Part shown: in pieces, positions 1 through 8,980 of the stretch
Layout of the letters: each line of letters opens with the position of its first letter
Numbering within the stretch: position 1 is the stretch's first letter
Assembly (NCBI GenBank): GCA_030039715.1
Contig: JASHVA010000048.1
Span: 1 to 37,761, forward strand
DNA length: 37,761 nucleotides
Source of the DNA: Thermoplasmata archaeon
GTDB taxonomy: Archaea; Thermoplasmatota; Thermoplasmata; Lutacidiplasmatales; UBA184
Direction: 5' to 3'
Position numbers and translations under genes: made by a program
The notes under the pieces: model-generated
Seen by the model: only the letters and a program-made list of their open reading frames with translations
Told to the model about the DNA's origin: nothing
The model's database searches: none

Positions 1-203
1 AGCGGTGCCGACTGGACGACGTAGGCGGGGAGTCCGGTGTTCGGGTCGTTCCCGGCCCGGAGGATGTTCATGATCTCGAGCCGGATCTCGACCACCGAGC
101 CGTCCTTCAGCTTCAGGCGGACCTTCCCGTCGCCTCCGACGACCTCGTAGTCGACGATCTCGGCGTTGGCGAGGTCCGGCGGCGGCCCGCCGGGTCCGAT
201 CAT
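1..203 (-). CDS. Small hypothetical protein, 3'-partial, not in the ORF track
   Basis: ATG at 203-201 overlaps the rpl11 TGA (ATGA). The frame is open to the window edge: MIGPGGPPPDLANAEIVDYEVVGGDGKVRLKLKDGSVVEIRLEIMNILRAGNDPNTGLPAYVVQSAP..., with GC3-rich codons like its neighbours. Confidence 0.8.
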   Translation of the reverse strand, partial: MIGPGGPPPDLANAEIVDYEVVGGDGKVRLKLKDGSVVEIRLEIMNILRAGNDPNTGLPAYVVQSAP

Positions 204-667
204 CGGGCGCCCCGGGCGGCGACGCGGCTCTTCACGAGCGCGCGGGGGTCCTCCCCGTCGACGGTGAGGCCGAGGGAGACGCACGTGCCGATCACCTGGT
301 TCATCCGCTCCTCGATCGAGCGGCCGAACATGTCGTCGCCCTTCGCCTCGGCGATCCGCTTCACGGCGTCGAGCGAGACGTCCCCGACCGTCTCGGACTT
401 CGACTTGCCCGACCCCTTCTCCTTCCCCGCCTCCTTGAGGAGGAGGGCGGCGACGGGCGGGCGTCCGACGACGAGCGTGAACGCACGGGTCGTCGGATTG
501 ACCTTGACGACGACCGGGACGCGCATCCCCGCGAACTGCTTCGTCTGCTCGTTGATCTGCGCGACAACCTGGCCGACGTTGACGCCGAGCGGGCCGAGCG
601 CGGGTCCGAGCGGGGGGCCGGCGGAGGCTTTCCCGCCCTCGACGAGGACGCTCACCTCATCCGCCAC
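200..667 (-). CDS. rpl11: 50S ribosomal protein uL11
   Basis: LVEGGKASAGPPLGPALGPLGVN and GTCVSLG motifs; directly downstream of spt5; GTG start. Confidence 0.97.
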   Translation of the reverse strand: MADEVSVLVEGGKASAGPPLGPALGPLGVNVGQVVAQINEQTKQFAGMRVPVVVKVNPTTRAFTLVVGRPPVAALLLKEAGKEKGSGKSKSETVGDVSLDAVKRIAEAKGDDMFGRSIEERMNQVIGTCVSLGLTVDGEDPRALVKSRVAARGAR

Positions 668-1652
668 TCTTGCCGCCTCCCTTCTCCAGCATCCGGACGT
701 GGTCGCCGCGGACGGTGACCGGGATCGGGACGACCGCCTCGATCAGCTCCACGGTGATCTCCTCCTTTGCCTGGTCGATCTTCTTGACGCGAGCCTTCTC
801 GCCCTTGAACGGTCCCGAGATAAGCTCGACGATGGCGCCCTCGACGAACCCTTCGACCGTGATCTTCGGGACGAGGAGCGGCTCGACCTCCTTCAAGGTC
901 GTCTCGCCGTCCACGAGCCCGCGGGCCTTGCGGATGCCCTTCAGCATCTCGTGGACCCCCTCGAAGCTCATCCCCTCCGCGAAGACGTAGCCGCGGAGCG
1001 ACGACGGAACCAGGAGGGCGAAGACGACGTCCGGCTTCTCCTCGGCGCGCGCGAGCAGGGTGTCGGCGACCTCCCGCTCGTAGCCGCGCGAGGTCTTGAT
1101 CGCGAGCACGGCCTGGCGGGCGACGCAGGCGAGCGTGAGGCGGAGGGCGGGGCCGCCGCCGTCCGGGTCCGTGACGGAGAGGCGGACCTCGACCCGGTCC
1201 CCGTAGCGGACACCGACCGGAGCCGTGATCTCGAAGGAGAGCGGCACGCCCGAGCCCGGCGGGACGGTCACGAGCGCCTGGATCTTGCGGGCGAAGAGCT
1301 CGGTCGAGGTCCGCTTGCCGGGCGGGGTCCAGTGGACGGGCCACTCGGCGCCCTCTCCCGGGTACGTCGAGGTGTACGCCACCTCGATCCCGATCGGGAG
1401 GGACGTCGGCTCGCCGGCCTTGCTCGTGAGGACCGCCGAGAGGGTCGTCACCGTGCCGGCCGTGACCTCCCGGGGTCCTTCCTCGACCGCCTTGAGCGTG
1501 AGGAACGTCGAGACCTGCGGCTTGGGTGGGGCCGGGGCCGCAGGAGCCGCCACCGGCACGGCCGCGGGCGCGCCGGGGGCGGGCTTCTTCGCCTCGGCGA
1601 CCGGCGGCGTTCCGGAGAGCAGGCCGATGCCTTCGTTCTCGTCGGGGGTCAT
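657..1652 (-). CDS. spt5: Transcription elongation factor Spt5/NusG with a large N-terminal extension
   Basis: NGN domain (AIKTSRGYEREVA...LRGYVFAE) and KOW (GAIVELISGPFKGEKARV); conserved secE-spt5-rpl11 order. Confidence 0.95.
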   Translation of the reverse strand: MTPDENEGIGLLSGTPPVAEAKKPAPGAPAAVPVAAPAAPAPPKPQVSTFLTLKAVEEGPREVTAGTVTTLSAVLTSKAGEPTSLPIGIEVAYTSTYPGEGAEWPVHWTPPGKRTSTELFARKIQALVTVPPGSGVPLSFEITAPVGVRYGDRVEVRLSVTDPDGGGPALRLTLACVARQAVLAIKTSRGYEREVADTLLARAEEKPDVVFALLVPSSLRGYVFAEGMSFEGVHEMLKGIRKARGLVDGETTLKEVEPLLVPKITVEGFVEGAIVELISGPFKGEKARVKKIDQAKEEITVELIEAVVPIPVTVRGDHVRMLEKGGGKSGG

Positions 1653-1683
1653 GGATCGTTCCTCGGGGTCGGGCGGGGCGAAC

Positions 1684-1929
1684 CTAGAGCCCCGAGAAGA
1701 AGTTTGCCCAGAGCCACGGACCCGCCTGGGTGAAGAAAATGTAGATCGCGAACCCCGTGAGGCCGATCAGCACCGCGCCGAGAGCCGTCACCTCGAGGAC
1801 CTTGACGTACTCCTCCTGGGTCGGCCGACGCGCCATGCGCAGGATCCGGCCGTACTTGCCGTGCCCGACGGTGCGCAGCCGCCCGTCGAAATTGTCCTGT
1901 ACCCGGCGCGCGCGGTCGAGGAACGCCAT
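1684..1929 (-). CDS. secE: Protein translocase SecE/Sec61-gamma
   Basis: KYGRILRMARRPTQEEY followed by one TM helix (GAVLIGLTGFAIY); located between ftsZ and spt5. Confidence 0.95.
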   Translation of the reverse strand: MAFLDRARRVQDNFDGRLRTVGHGKYGRILRMARRPTQEEYVKVLEVTALGAVLIGLTGFAIYIFFTQAGPWLWANFFSGL

Positions 1930-1937
1930 CGGTCTAC

Positions 1938-3062
1938 CTAGTGCACGACGTCGAGGTCCGGCCCGGACTTGCGGCCCGGACCCGCACCCGTCGTCGAGGT
2001 ACCGAAAATCTGGGGGGATTTAACTCCGGTCACCACGAGCATCACGCGGATCGTGCTCTGCATCGTCGGGTCCACCGCGGCCCCCCAGATGATGCGTGCG
2101 GTCGGGCTGATCGACTTCTGGACGACCTCCGCCGCCTTCTGGGCCTCGCTGACCGTCATGTCCGGCCCGCCGGTCACGTTGATGAGCGCGCCGGTCGCGC
2201 CCGCGATGTCGACGCGGAGGAGCGGGGAGTTGATCGCTTCGAGGACGGCGTCCTCGGCGCGGTTCTCGCTCTCCGACTCGCCGATCCCGATGAGCGCGAC
2301 GCCGCCGCCCTTCATGATCGTCCGCAGGTCGTTGAAGTCGAGGTTGACGAGGCCGGGCCGCGTGATGATCTCGGTGATCCCGCGGATCGCGCGGGCGAGG
2401 ACCGAGTCGGCGACCTTGAAGGCGGTCTGGATCGGCAGCCGGGGGACGAGCTCGAGGAGGCGGTCGTTCGGGATCGTGATCACCGTGTCGATGGAGGCGC
2501 GGAGCCGCTCGAGGCCCCACATCGCGTTCTCGGCGCGGACGAGCCCTTCCGAGGCGAACGGGAGCGTGCAGACCGCGATCGTGAGGGGGTTCCCGCCGTT
2601 CGCGTCCTTCGCGCACTGGGCGACGACGGGAGCCGAGCCGGTCCCCGTCCCGCCGCCGAGCCCGAGCGTGATGAACACCATGTCGGAGTTCGAGAGCGCC
2701 TTCTTGATCTCGTCCTCCGCCTCCTTCGCAGCCTGCTCCCCGACCTGCGGGAGCGCCCCCGCGCCGAGGCCCCGGGTCAGCCGCCGCCCGAGCAGGATCT
2801 TCTTCGGGGCGTGGATCGCGAGGAGGTGCTGCGCGTCCGTGTTGCAGGCGACCATGTCGGCCCCGCTCAACCCCTCCTCTGCGAGCCGGTTGATCGTGTT
2901 GCAGCCGCCGCCCCCGCAGCCGACGACCTTGATATTCGTCTTGAGCGACGCGAGGACCGCTTCGAGCTCGGCGTCGTCGTTCTGGGGCGGGGGCGGAGCC
3001 TCCGGCGCGCGCTTCGAGTCGCCCGGCAGGTGGGACAAGATCTCCTGAGCCAACGGTCGCAT
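1938..3062 (-). CDS. ftsZ: Cell division protein FtsZ (FtsZ1-type by context)
   Basis: [15 protein letters not shown], the tubulin signature GLGGGTGTG and T7 loop NLDFND. Start is ATG 3062 or GTG 3065. Confidence 0.98.
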   Translation of the reverse strand: MRPLAQEILSHLPGDSKRAPEAPPPPQNDDAELEAVLASLKTNIKVVGCGGGGCNTINRLAEEGLSGADMVACNTDAQHLLAIHAPKKILLGRRLTRGLGAGALPQVGEQAAKEAEDEIKKALSNSDMVFITLGLGGGTGTGSAPVVAQCAKDANGGNPLTIAVCTLPFASEGLVRAENAMWGLERLRASIDTVITIPNDRLLELVPRLPIQTAFKVADSVLARAIRGITEIITRPGLVNLDFNDLRTIMKGGGVALIGIGESESENRAEDAVLEAINSPLLRVDIAGATGALINVTGGPDMTVSEAQKAAEVVQKSISPTARIIWGAAVDPTMQSTIRVMLVVTGVKSPQIFGTSTTGAGPGRKSGPDLDVVH

Positions 3063-3100
3063 CACGGCGGTAACCCTATCGGCGGAAGAGAGGCGGCCAG

Positions 3101-3109
3101 ATTATAAAG
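3101..3109. promoter_or_regulatory. Candidate shared TATA box for divergent ftsZ and mptE
   Basis: ATTATAAAG is the main AT-rich word in the gap; it lies ~28 nt before the mptE ATG and ~40 nt before the ftsZ start. Confidence 0.65.
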
Positions 3110-3133
3110 CGTGGGTCGGACTTTCCGCCGAGA

Positions 3134-3856
3134 ATGCAGTACTCGGCCTGGGCGCCGCGGTACGAGGCGATCGCGCGGGAGTTCGGCTTCCCGTTCGACC
3201 GGGAGATCCGCTCGGCCGACCGGCTCGAGTCCCTCCTGCCCGCGCCGGCCCGCGAGCGGCCGCTCGAGCGCGTGACCGAACGCCTTGCGGGCCGGGACGT
3301 CGTCGTCGTCGGTCTCGCCCCGGGCGCCGGCCCGCCCCCCGTCTGGCGGCTCCCGTCGATCGGCCCGCCGGCCGCGGTCGTGGCGGCCGACGGGGCGACG
3401 GTGGCGTGCCTCGACGCCGGCCTCGTCCCGGCGGTCATCGCGACCGATCTCGACGGACCGCTACCGGCCGAGGTCGCGGCGAACCGGCGCGGCAGCCTCG
3501 TGGTCGTCCACGCCCACGGGGACAACGAGAGCGCCGTCCAGGAGTGGGTGCCGGAGTTCCCGGGGGAGCTCGCCGGTTCCTGGGCCGGTCCCCCTCGCCC
3601 CGCGCTGCTCGATGTCGGGGGCTTCACCGACGGCGACCGGGCCGTCTATCTCGCCGAGGCCGCCGGGGCGCGCCGGGTCCTCCTTTGGGGCTTCGACTTC
3701 GACTCCGTCGAGGAGCCCGACGCGACGGGCGAGGACCGAAAGCGCGCGAAGCTCCGTTGGGCCCGGCGGCTTGTCGAGGAGCTCGCGACCGAGAGCCGTA
3801 CGCCGATCCTCGCCTGGCGGCGCGACGGCTCGTTCGCTCCTTACGGTGCGAGGTAG
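3134..3856 (+). CDS. mptE: 6-hydroxymethyl-7,8-dihydropterin pyrophosphokinase (archaeal MptE)
   Basis: AADGA, TDLDG, HAHGDN, GGFTDGDRA and GFDF motifs. Confidence 0.88.
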   Translation: MQYSAWAPRYEAIAREFGFPFDREIRSADRLESLLPAPARERPLERVTERLAGRDVVVVGLAPGAGPPPVWRLPSIGPPAAVVAADGATVACLDAGLVPAVIATDLDGPLPAEVAANRRGSLVVVHAHGDNESAVQEWVPEFPGELAGSWAGPPRPALLDVGGFTDGDRAVYLAEAAGARRVLLWGFDFDSVEEPDATGEDRKRAKLRWARRLVEELATESRTPILAWRRDGSFAPYGAR

Positions 3857-5676
3857 CTCGCGTCGACGAGATAGACGACGTTCGGTCCGTTCTCGTAGAG
3901 CAGCACGAACGGCAGCGAGCCGAACCAGGCGATCGCCGCGGCGCTCAGCGGCGTTGCGGCGCCGGACGGATTGAGCGCGACGCCGCCGTACATCACCGAG
4001 TCGACCGCGACGAGGTCGATCGCGTGCCCCACGGTCGGAGCGTTCGAGCGCTCGAGCTCCGCGGCCGCCGCCGACCAGTTGCTGCCCGTGAAGAGCGCCG
4101 GGGTCGAACCCCACGTCGCCGGATTCCCGTCGAACCCGAAGATCATCGAGCTCAGGCGGTGGTCGCTCGCGACGGCCACCGTGCGCGGCTCGGCGATCCC
4201 GATCCAGAGCCAGATGCCCGCGTCGCCGTGCGTCAGCCCCTCCTCGAATCCCCCGAGGTCCGCCTGCGGGGGGTAGACGATCGCCGCGTTGGCCCCGAGC
4301 AGCACCACGAGCCCCAGGCTCGCGGCGAGGAACGCCTTCCGGCCGCTCCGGTCGCCGAGCCGAGTGACGATCCGCGCGAAGCCGACCGCGACCATCAGCG
4401 CGAGCGGAATGAACAGGTACTCGGCGAACCGCGCGGGCGGGATGGCGGCGGCGTAGCCGCCGAACGCCGTGTTCGGGAGCCCGCCGGCGGCGAGCGCCAC
4501 GATCGCCATCAGCGCGAGCGCGCCCAGCCAGGCCACGGCGAACGGGCCGAGCCGCGCGGGCGTGAGCGCCCGGCGGCTGCCGCTCGCGAAGAACGCGAGC
4601 ACGATGACCGGCGCGAACCACAGGATCGCGTCGGCGGTCGTCGTCTGGGAGGTGCCCGGCAGCGCGACGATCAGGAGGAGCGCGATCCCGCCGAGGATCC
4701 CGATGAAAAGGAGGACGAAGTCCCGCACGACGCTGCGGTCGGTCGGGAGTCGGACCCAGGCCCGCGTCGGCCGGAACCCGGAGCGGCGCCAGGAGATGAG
4801 CAGGCCCGCCACCAGGACCACGGCGAGGCCGAGGGCCTCGACGAGCGCGAACGCGAGGTCCCGGCTCGCGCCGATCGACTTCGGCAGCGCCGGGAGGATC
4901 ACGGTGTCGACGAACGAGGTGGTGCCGAAGAACCAGAAGACGAACGTGGCCGTCAGGAATCCGCCGAGGAAGACGAGTTCCCGGGTCGGGAAGCGCCGGC
5001 TCCAGAGCCCCGGACGCCAGAGTTCGAGGAAGAACAGCCCTCCGATCGCGCCCACCGCGAAGAAGTAGGTCGAAAGGTGGTGGGTCACGATGAGCGCGCC
5101 ACCGGTCAGGACGAGCGGGAGGTACCACCGACGGTCGCGACGGCTCTCGACGAACATCCAGAGGGCCGCGCAGCCCAGGAGGTCGCCGAGCGCGAGCGGC
5201 GCCGGGTGGGCGATCGAGAACAGACGCGGCATCGCGACGCCGGCGATCGCCGCGGCGAGGAGCGCGACCGTGTCGTGCGGATAGAGCCGGCGGAAGAGGA
5301 GGAACAGCGGGAAGACCGAGAGCACCGCGACGACCGGGATGATCACGGTGAGCGCCGTGAACGTCGGGAGGCCGAGCGCCGCGGCGCCCGCGCCCGCGAG
5401 CAGGAAGATGCCGGGGAAGTCCGGGTACGCCGTCCCCCAGCCTCCGTAGGCCGCGCCGTGCGGCAACTGACCCGTCGCGAGGAGGTCGGAGGTCAGGCGG
5501 AAGTACTCTCCCGTGTCCGAGCCGAAGACCGCGTAGGAGAGATACGGCTCGAGTGCGAGGAAGACGAGCACGAGCGCGAGCCCGATCAGGAAGAGGAGCG
5601 TCTCGAAGCGGACCGGGGGACCCGACGGCGCGCGCTCGCTCGGCGCCTCCCGTTCGGCCGACGGGCCCGAGCTCAT
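3841..5676 (-). CDS. Polytopic membrane protein, probable GT-C-fold glycosyltransferase
   Basis: Many hydrophobic helices; GSDTGEYF loop after TM1; YPDFPG and THHLS motifs; soluble C-terminal domain ending LLYENG. Confidence 0.6.
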   Translation of the reverse strand: MSSGPSAEREAPSERAPSGPPVRFETLLFLIGLALVLVFLALEPYLSYAVFGSDTGEYFRLTSDLLATGQLPHGAAYGGWGTAYPDFPGIFLLAGAGAAALGLPTFTALTVIIPVVAVLSVFPLFLLFRRLYPHDTVALLAAAIAGVAMPRLFSIAHPAPLALGDLLGCAALWMFVESRRDRRWYLPLVLTGGALIVTHHLSTYFFAVGAIGGLFFLELWRPGLWSRRFPTRELVFLGGFLTATFVFWFFGTTSFVDTVILPALPKSIGASRDLAFALVEALGLAVVLVAGLLISWRRSGFRPTRAWVRLPTDRSVVRDFVLLFIGILGGIALLLIVALPGTSQTTTADAILWFAPVIVLAFFASGSRRALTPARLGPFAVAWLGALALMAIVALAAGGLPNTAFGGYAAAIPPARFAEYLFIPLALMVAVGFARIVTRLGDRSGRKAFLAASLGLVVLLGANAAIVYPPQADLGGFEEGLTHGDAGIWLWIGIAEPRTVAVASDHRLSSMIFGFDGNPATWGSTPALFTGSNWSAAAAELERSNAPTVGHAIDLVAVDSVMYGGVALNPSGAATPLSAAAIAWFGSLPFVLLYENGPNVVYLVDASYLAP

Positions 5677-5806
5677 CGGGACCGTCCGAGCCCGGTCTCG
5701 GCCTATAGTTATTCGGCCGGAACGGCCGCCGGCGCGTCGGCCGCGTTTTCATCGACCGAACCCATAAATAGGGGGGTCTGGTGCGGCCGACTCGAGGCCG
5801 TCTCGA

Positions 5807-6169
5807 ATGCCCTCCGCGCGCCGTCAGAAGGCGAAGGCGAAACCGGCCGCGCGCCGGCCTCCGCCCGCCCGCAAGCCCCCGCCCAAGAAGTCGACGGCGC
5901 CGGCCAAGAAGGCCCCGGCCCCCAAGCCCCCCGCCAAACCGACGGCGAAGGCACCCGCGAAGGGCGCGCCGAGTGCGCCGGCGCCGGTGCCGGTCGTTCG
6001 CCGCGCGGACGGCCGGGTCCACGTCCTCTCGCTCTCGTTCGTGCGCGACGGGGACGAGTTCCTCGCCCGCATGGAGACGGACGCGGGTCAGATCACGGAG
6101 CTCAAGAACCGGGCGCTCGACCAGCTCCTCACGCTGGTCGCCGGCGAGCTCGAGGACCTCCTCGAGTAG
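5807..6169 (+). CDS. Small protein with a Lys/Pro/Ala-rich basic N-terminal tail and an acidic C-terminal domain
   Basis: ATG start, GC3-rich codons, upstream ATAAATA at 5764-5770; PAKKAPAPKPPAKP-type tail followed by a ~55-aa globular-looking segment. Confidence 0.75.
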   Translation: MPSARRQKAKAKPAARRPPPARKPPPKKSTAPAKKAPAPKPPAKPTAKAPAKGAPSAPAPVPVVRRADGRVHVLSLSFVRDGDEFLARMETDAGQITELKNRALDQLLTLVAGELEDLLE

Positions 6170-6176
6170 CGACGCC

Positions 6177-6740
6177 TCACTTCCGCGCGTTCACCGGCGT
6201 CGGAAGGATCCCTTCCTCGAGCTGATAGGTCCGGCGATGGCCGTCCGCGTCGGTGACCTCGACGGTCTCCACCGGCCGGCTCGAAAGGAACGACGCCGCC
6301 ACTCGGCGCAGCAGGTACGTGCGGATCTCGGAAAGGGGCGGGAACGTCCGGCGGTGACCGAACGCCTCCACCACGACCACGGACTCGCTTCGGATCTCGA
6401 TGCGCCGGGGAACCGCGCCGAGCGCGAGCCAGATCCCTCCGACCGCGAGCACCACGGCGATCGCCGAGAAGTAGAGCATCCCGGTAGTGGCCGTCGAGCT
6501 CGTGCCGCCGGGCGAGTTCCGGTCGAGCAGCAGGAACCCCACGTAGAGCACGACGAGGGCTCCGAGGTACAGCACGAGCAGTCGCCGGGCCCGCTCGTTC
6601 GCGGCCTGGTTCTGGCGGAGCTCGAAGTCGCGTCGCGTCGGACCACCGGCCGCGGGCGGGGGAACGGCCGCGGCGGTCGCGTTCGGAGCGGTCGTCGCCG
6701 CGGGAGAACGCGGGATGCGGATCGCACGGGGCGTCGACAC
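6177..6740 (-). CDS. Two-TM membrane protein with a C-terminal PH-like beta domain, function unknown
   Basis: Two hydrophobic helices then a beta-rich tail; GGAGGAG upstream of the GTG start; TATA-like ATTTAAG at 6780-6786. Confidence 0.7.
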   Translation of the reverse strand: MSTPRAIRIPRSPAATTAPNATAAAVPPPAAGGPTRRDFELRQNQAANERARRLLVLYLGALVVLYVGFLLLDRNSPGGTSSTATTGMLYFSAIAVVLAVGGIWLALGAVPRRIEIRSESVVVVEAFGHRRTFPPLSEIRTYLLRRVAASFLSSRPVETVEVTDADGHRRTYQLEEGILPTPVNARK

Positions 6741-6804
6741 CGGGACTCCTCCTCCGGTGAGAACGGCGACCGCTCGTCCTTAAATCTGCCCTTGCGCGGG
6801 CCGT

Positions 6805-7911
6805 TCACGCCTCGAGCTGCGCGTCCCCGCCGTTCGCCGAAGCGCGCGGCGCGGGCAGCGGGGTCTCGAGGTCGACCAGCGGGACCTTGCGGGCGATCTC
6901 GGCGGCCATCGCCGAGCAGCTGGACGGCGGTACCGGGGTGAGCGTGTAGCCCGGGAGCGCGAGGTCGTAGGTCACGACCCTCTTCTCGGCAATCGTCTCC
7001 CAGACCGCGCGGAAGATCCGGTCGGCCGCCTCCGTTTCCCCGACGTGGCGGAGGAGGAGCTCGACGCACAGGATCTCCGCGACCGGGTCGGCCTTGTCGG
7101 ACCCGGCGTACTTCGGCGCGGAGCCGTGCACCGGTTCGAAGACGGCGAGGCTCTCGCCGTAGAGCGCGCCGGGCGCGATGCCGAGGCCTCCCGCCAGGCC
7201 CGCGGTGAGGTCGGAGAGGATGTCGCCGAAGAGGTTCGTCGTCACGATCATGTCGTAGTCCGACGGCTTCTTCGCGAGCTGCATGCACATGTTGTCGATA
7301 AGACGCTCGTCCGCGAGGATGTCCGGGTACTTCGGCGCCATCTCGCGGAACGCGGTCTGGAAGAGCGCCCCGGTCGTCTTCATGATGTTCGCCTTGTGGA
7401 CCGCGGTGAGATGCTTGCGGCGCGCGCGCCGCGCGAGCTCGAAGGCGAACTTGATGATCCGGTCCGACGCCTTCCGCGTGATCACGTTCACCGTCTCGGC
7501 CGCCGTGTGGTCCCGGTCGACCCAGTGCTCGACGCCCGAGTAGAGCCCCTCGGTCGCCTCCCGGACCACGATGAGGTCGGTCCCGGGGTATCGCGTGCCC
7601 TCCCCGGCGATCGCCCGCGCCGGACGGACCGACGCGTAGAGGTCGAGCTGCTGGCGGAGGGCGACGTTGACCGAGCGGAAGCCGCCGCCGATCGGCGTGG
7701 TGATCGGACCCTTCAGCGCGAGCCGGTTCCGCCGGATCGAGTCGAAGACCGCTTCCGGCAGCGGGCTCCCGGTCTGCTTGATCGCCTTCTCGCCGGCCTC
7801 GACGACCTCCCAGTCGAACTCTACGTCCGTCGCCTCGGCGACGCGCCGGGCCGCGGCGGTGACTTCCGGGCCGATCCCGTCGCCCGGGATCAGCGTCACG
7901 CGATAGGCCAT
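6805..7911 (-). CDS. Isocitrate/isopropylmalate dehydrogenase family protein
   Basis: [35 protein letters not shown] and FEPVHGSAP motifs. Substrate cannot be resolved by eye. Confidence 0.93.
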   Translation of the reverse strand: MAYRVTLIPGDGIGPEVTAAARRVAEATDVEFDWEVVEAGEKAIKQTGSPLPEAVFDSIRRNRLALKGPITTPIGGGFRSVNVALRQQLDLYASVRPARAIAGEGTRYPGTDLIVVREATEGLYSGVEHWVDRDHTAAETVNVITRKASDRIIKFAFELARRARRKHLTAVHKANIMKTTGALFQTAFREMAPKYPDILADERLIDNMCMQLAKKPSDYDMIVTTNLFGDILSDLTAGLAGGLGIAPGALYGESLAVFEPVHGSAPKYAGSDKADPVAEILCVELLLRHVGETEAADRIFRAVWETIAEKRVVTYDLALPGYTLTPVPPSSCSAMAAEIARKVPLVDLETPLPAPRASANGGDAQLEA

Positions 7912-7970
7912 GGAGAGGTCCCGGGCCGGCCCGAGCCCCGGGCGGATTTAAAGTCGCGGCCGCCGACGGT

Positions 7971-8888
7971 TCAGCTCTTCGAAGCCGTGGCGCCCGCCCC
8001 CGGCAGCCGGGCGAGCACGGAGCGCATCACCCGGTCGCGCACGAGCGCGTCGTCGAGGACGGGCGTCCAGACCACGACGACGCCGTCCCAGGTCTGGGCG
8101 GAGATGTCGGTGACCTCGAGCCGGGGGGCCCGAGACCCGGGGTCGGGGAACGCCCTCCCGATCTCGGCGACGACCGACTCAACGACGGGGACCGGAACCG
8201 TCTGGGGGAACGTCATGTGGACCCGGTGCGCCTTCGGCACGCCCGGCGCCGGCTGCAGGACGAGCGCGCCGAGGACCACGGAGTTCGGCACCTTCGCGAT
8301 CCCTCCTGCGTCGAGCCGGAGGATCGTGTAGAGGAGCTCGACGTCCTCGACGACGCCGGCGTAGCTCGGGTACATCATCTCGTGCGGGTAGCTCGGCGCG
8401 AACGCGCCGTAGCTCGAGGAGATGAAGCTGACCCGGTCGCCCGGCCGGAACGGGTTCGCCAGCACGAGAAGGAGCCCGGCGAAGACGTTCGAAAGGACCG
8501 TCTGCGCCGCGAGACCCAGGATGATCCCCACGAAGGCGCTCCCGAGGAAGATCGACTCGGCCGAGACCCCGGCGAGGTCGAACAGGGCGAGGATCGCGAC
8601 GACGCCGATGATCAGGTTGAGGAAGATCCGGATCGTCGCGCCGTGCTGGAACTGGCCCCGGCGGCGAAGCACCTCGTTCGCGGCGCTCGTGAACGCGCTC
8701 GCGGTCGCGTACGCGACGAGGACGACCGCGCCGGCTTCGAGGAGCAGCACCTCCTCGTGGTTGAACGGACTGAGGAACCGCTCGTTGAACACCGTGAACA
8801 GTACGTAGAGCGCGGCGGCGAGGACCACCACGAGGATGAGGTTCCGGACGAGGGCTCGAATCGGCCGGGCCTCGGCGGGACGGGCCAT
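7971..8888 (-). CDS. mscS: Small-conductance mechanosensitive channel family protein
   Basis: TM3 GIILGLAAQTVLSNVFAG, PFRPGDRV and VPNS motifs. Confidence 0.92.
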   Translation of the reverse strand: MARPAEARPIRALVRNLILVVVLAAALYVLFTVFNERFLSPFNHEEVLLLEAGAVVLVAYATASAFTSAANEVLRRRGQFQHGATIRIFLNLIIGVVAILALFDLAGVSAESIFLGSAFVGIILGLAAQTVLSNVFAGLLLVLANPFRPGDRVSFISSSYGAFAPSYPHEMMYPSYAGVVEDVELLYTILRLDAGGIAKVPNSVVLGALVLQPAPGVPKAHRVHMTFPQTVPVPVVESVVAEIGRAFPDPGSRAPRLEVTDISAQTWDGVVVVWTPVLDDALVRDRVMRSVLARLPGAGATASKS

Positions 8889-8940
8889 CGGTGGACCGAG
8901 CGGACGGGAGCCATAGCCCTTTCCCGAAGTGAACGATGCG

Positions 8941-8980
8941 AATATTAGAATTCTTATAACAGAGTGTTGTACAACATTTC
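8941..8980 (+). promoter_or_regulatory. AT-rich promoter of the cdc6-like gene with TATA box (8954-8959) and perfect palindrome TGTTGTACAACA (8965-8976)
   Basis: 10 of 40 bases are G+C in an otherwise very GC-rich window. TTATAA lies ~25 nt before ATG 8981, which is leaderless spacing. Confidence 0.75.

Noticed and set aside
8889-8980. Replication origin next to the cdc6-like gene
   Set aside because: The gap is only 92 bp and I see no repeated ORB/mini-ORB (TCCA..GGAAA with G-string). Kept only as a promoter/operator.
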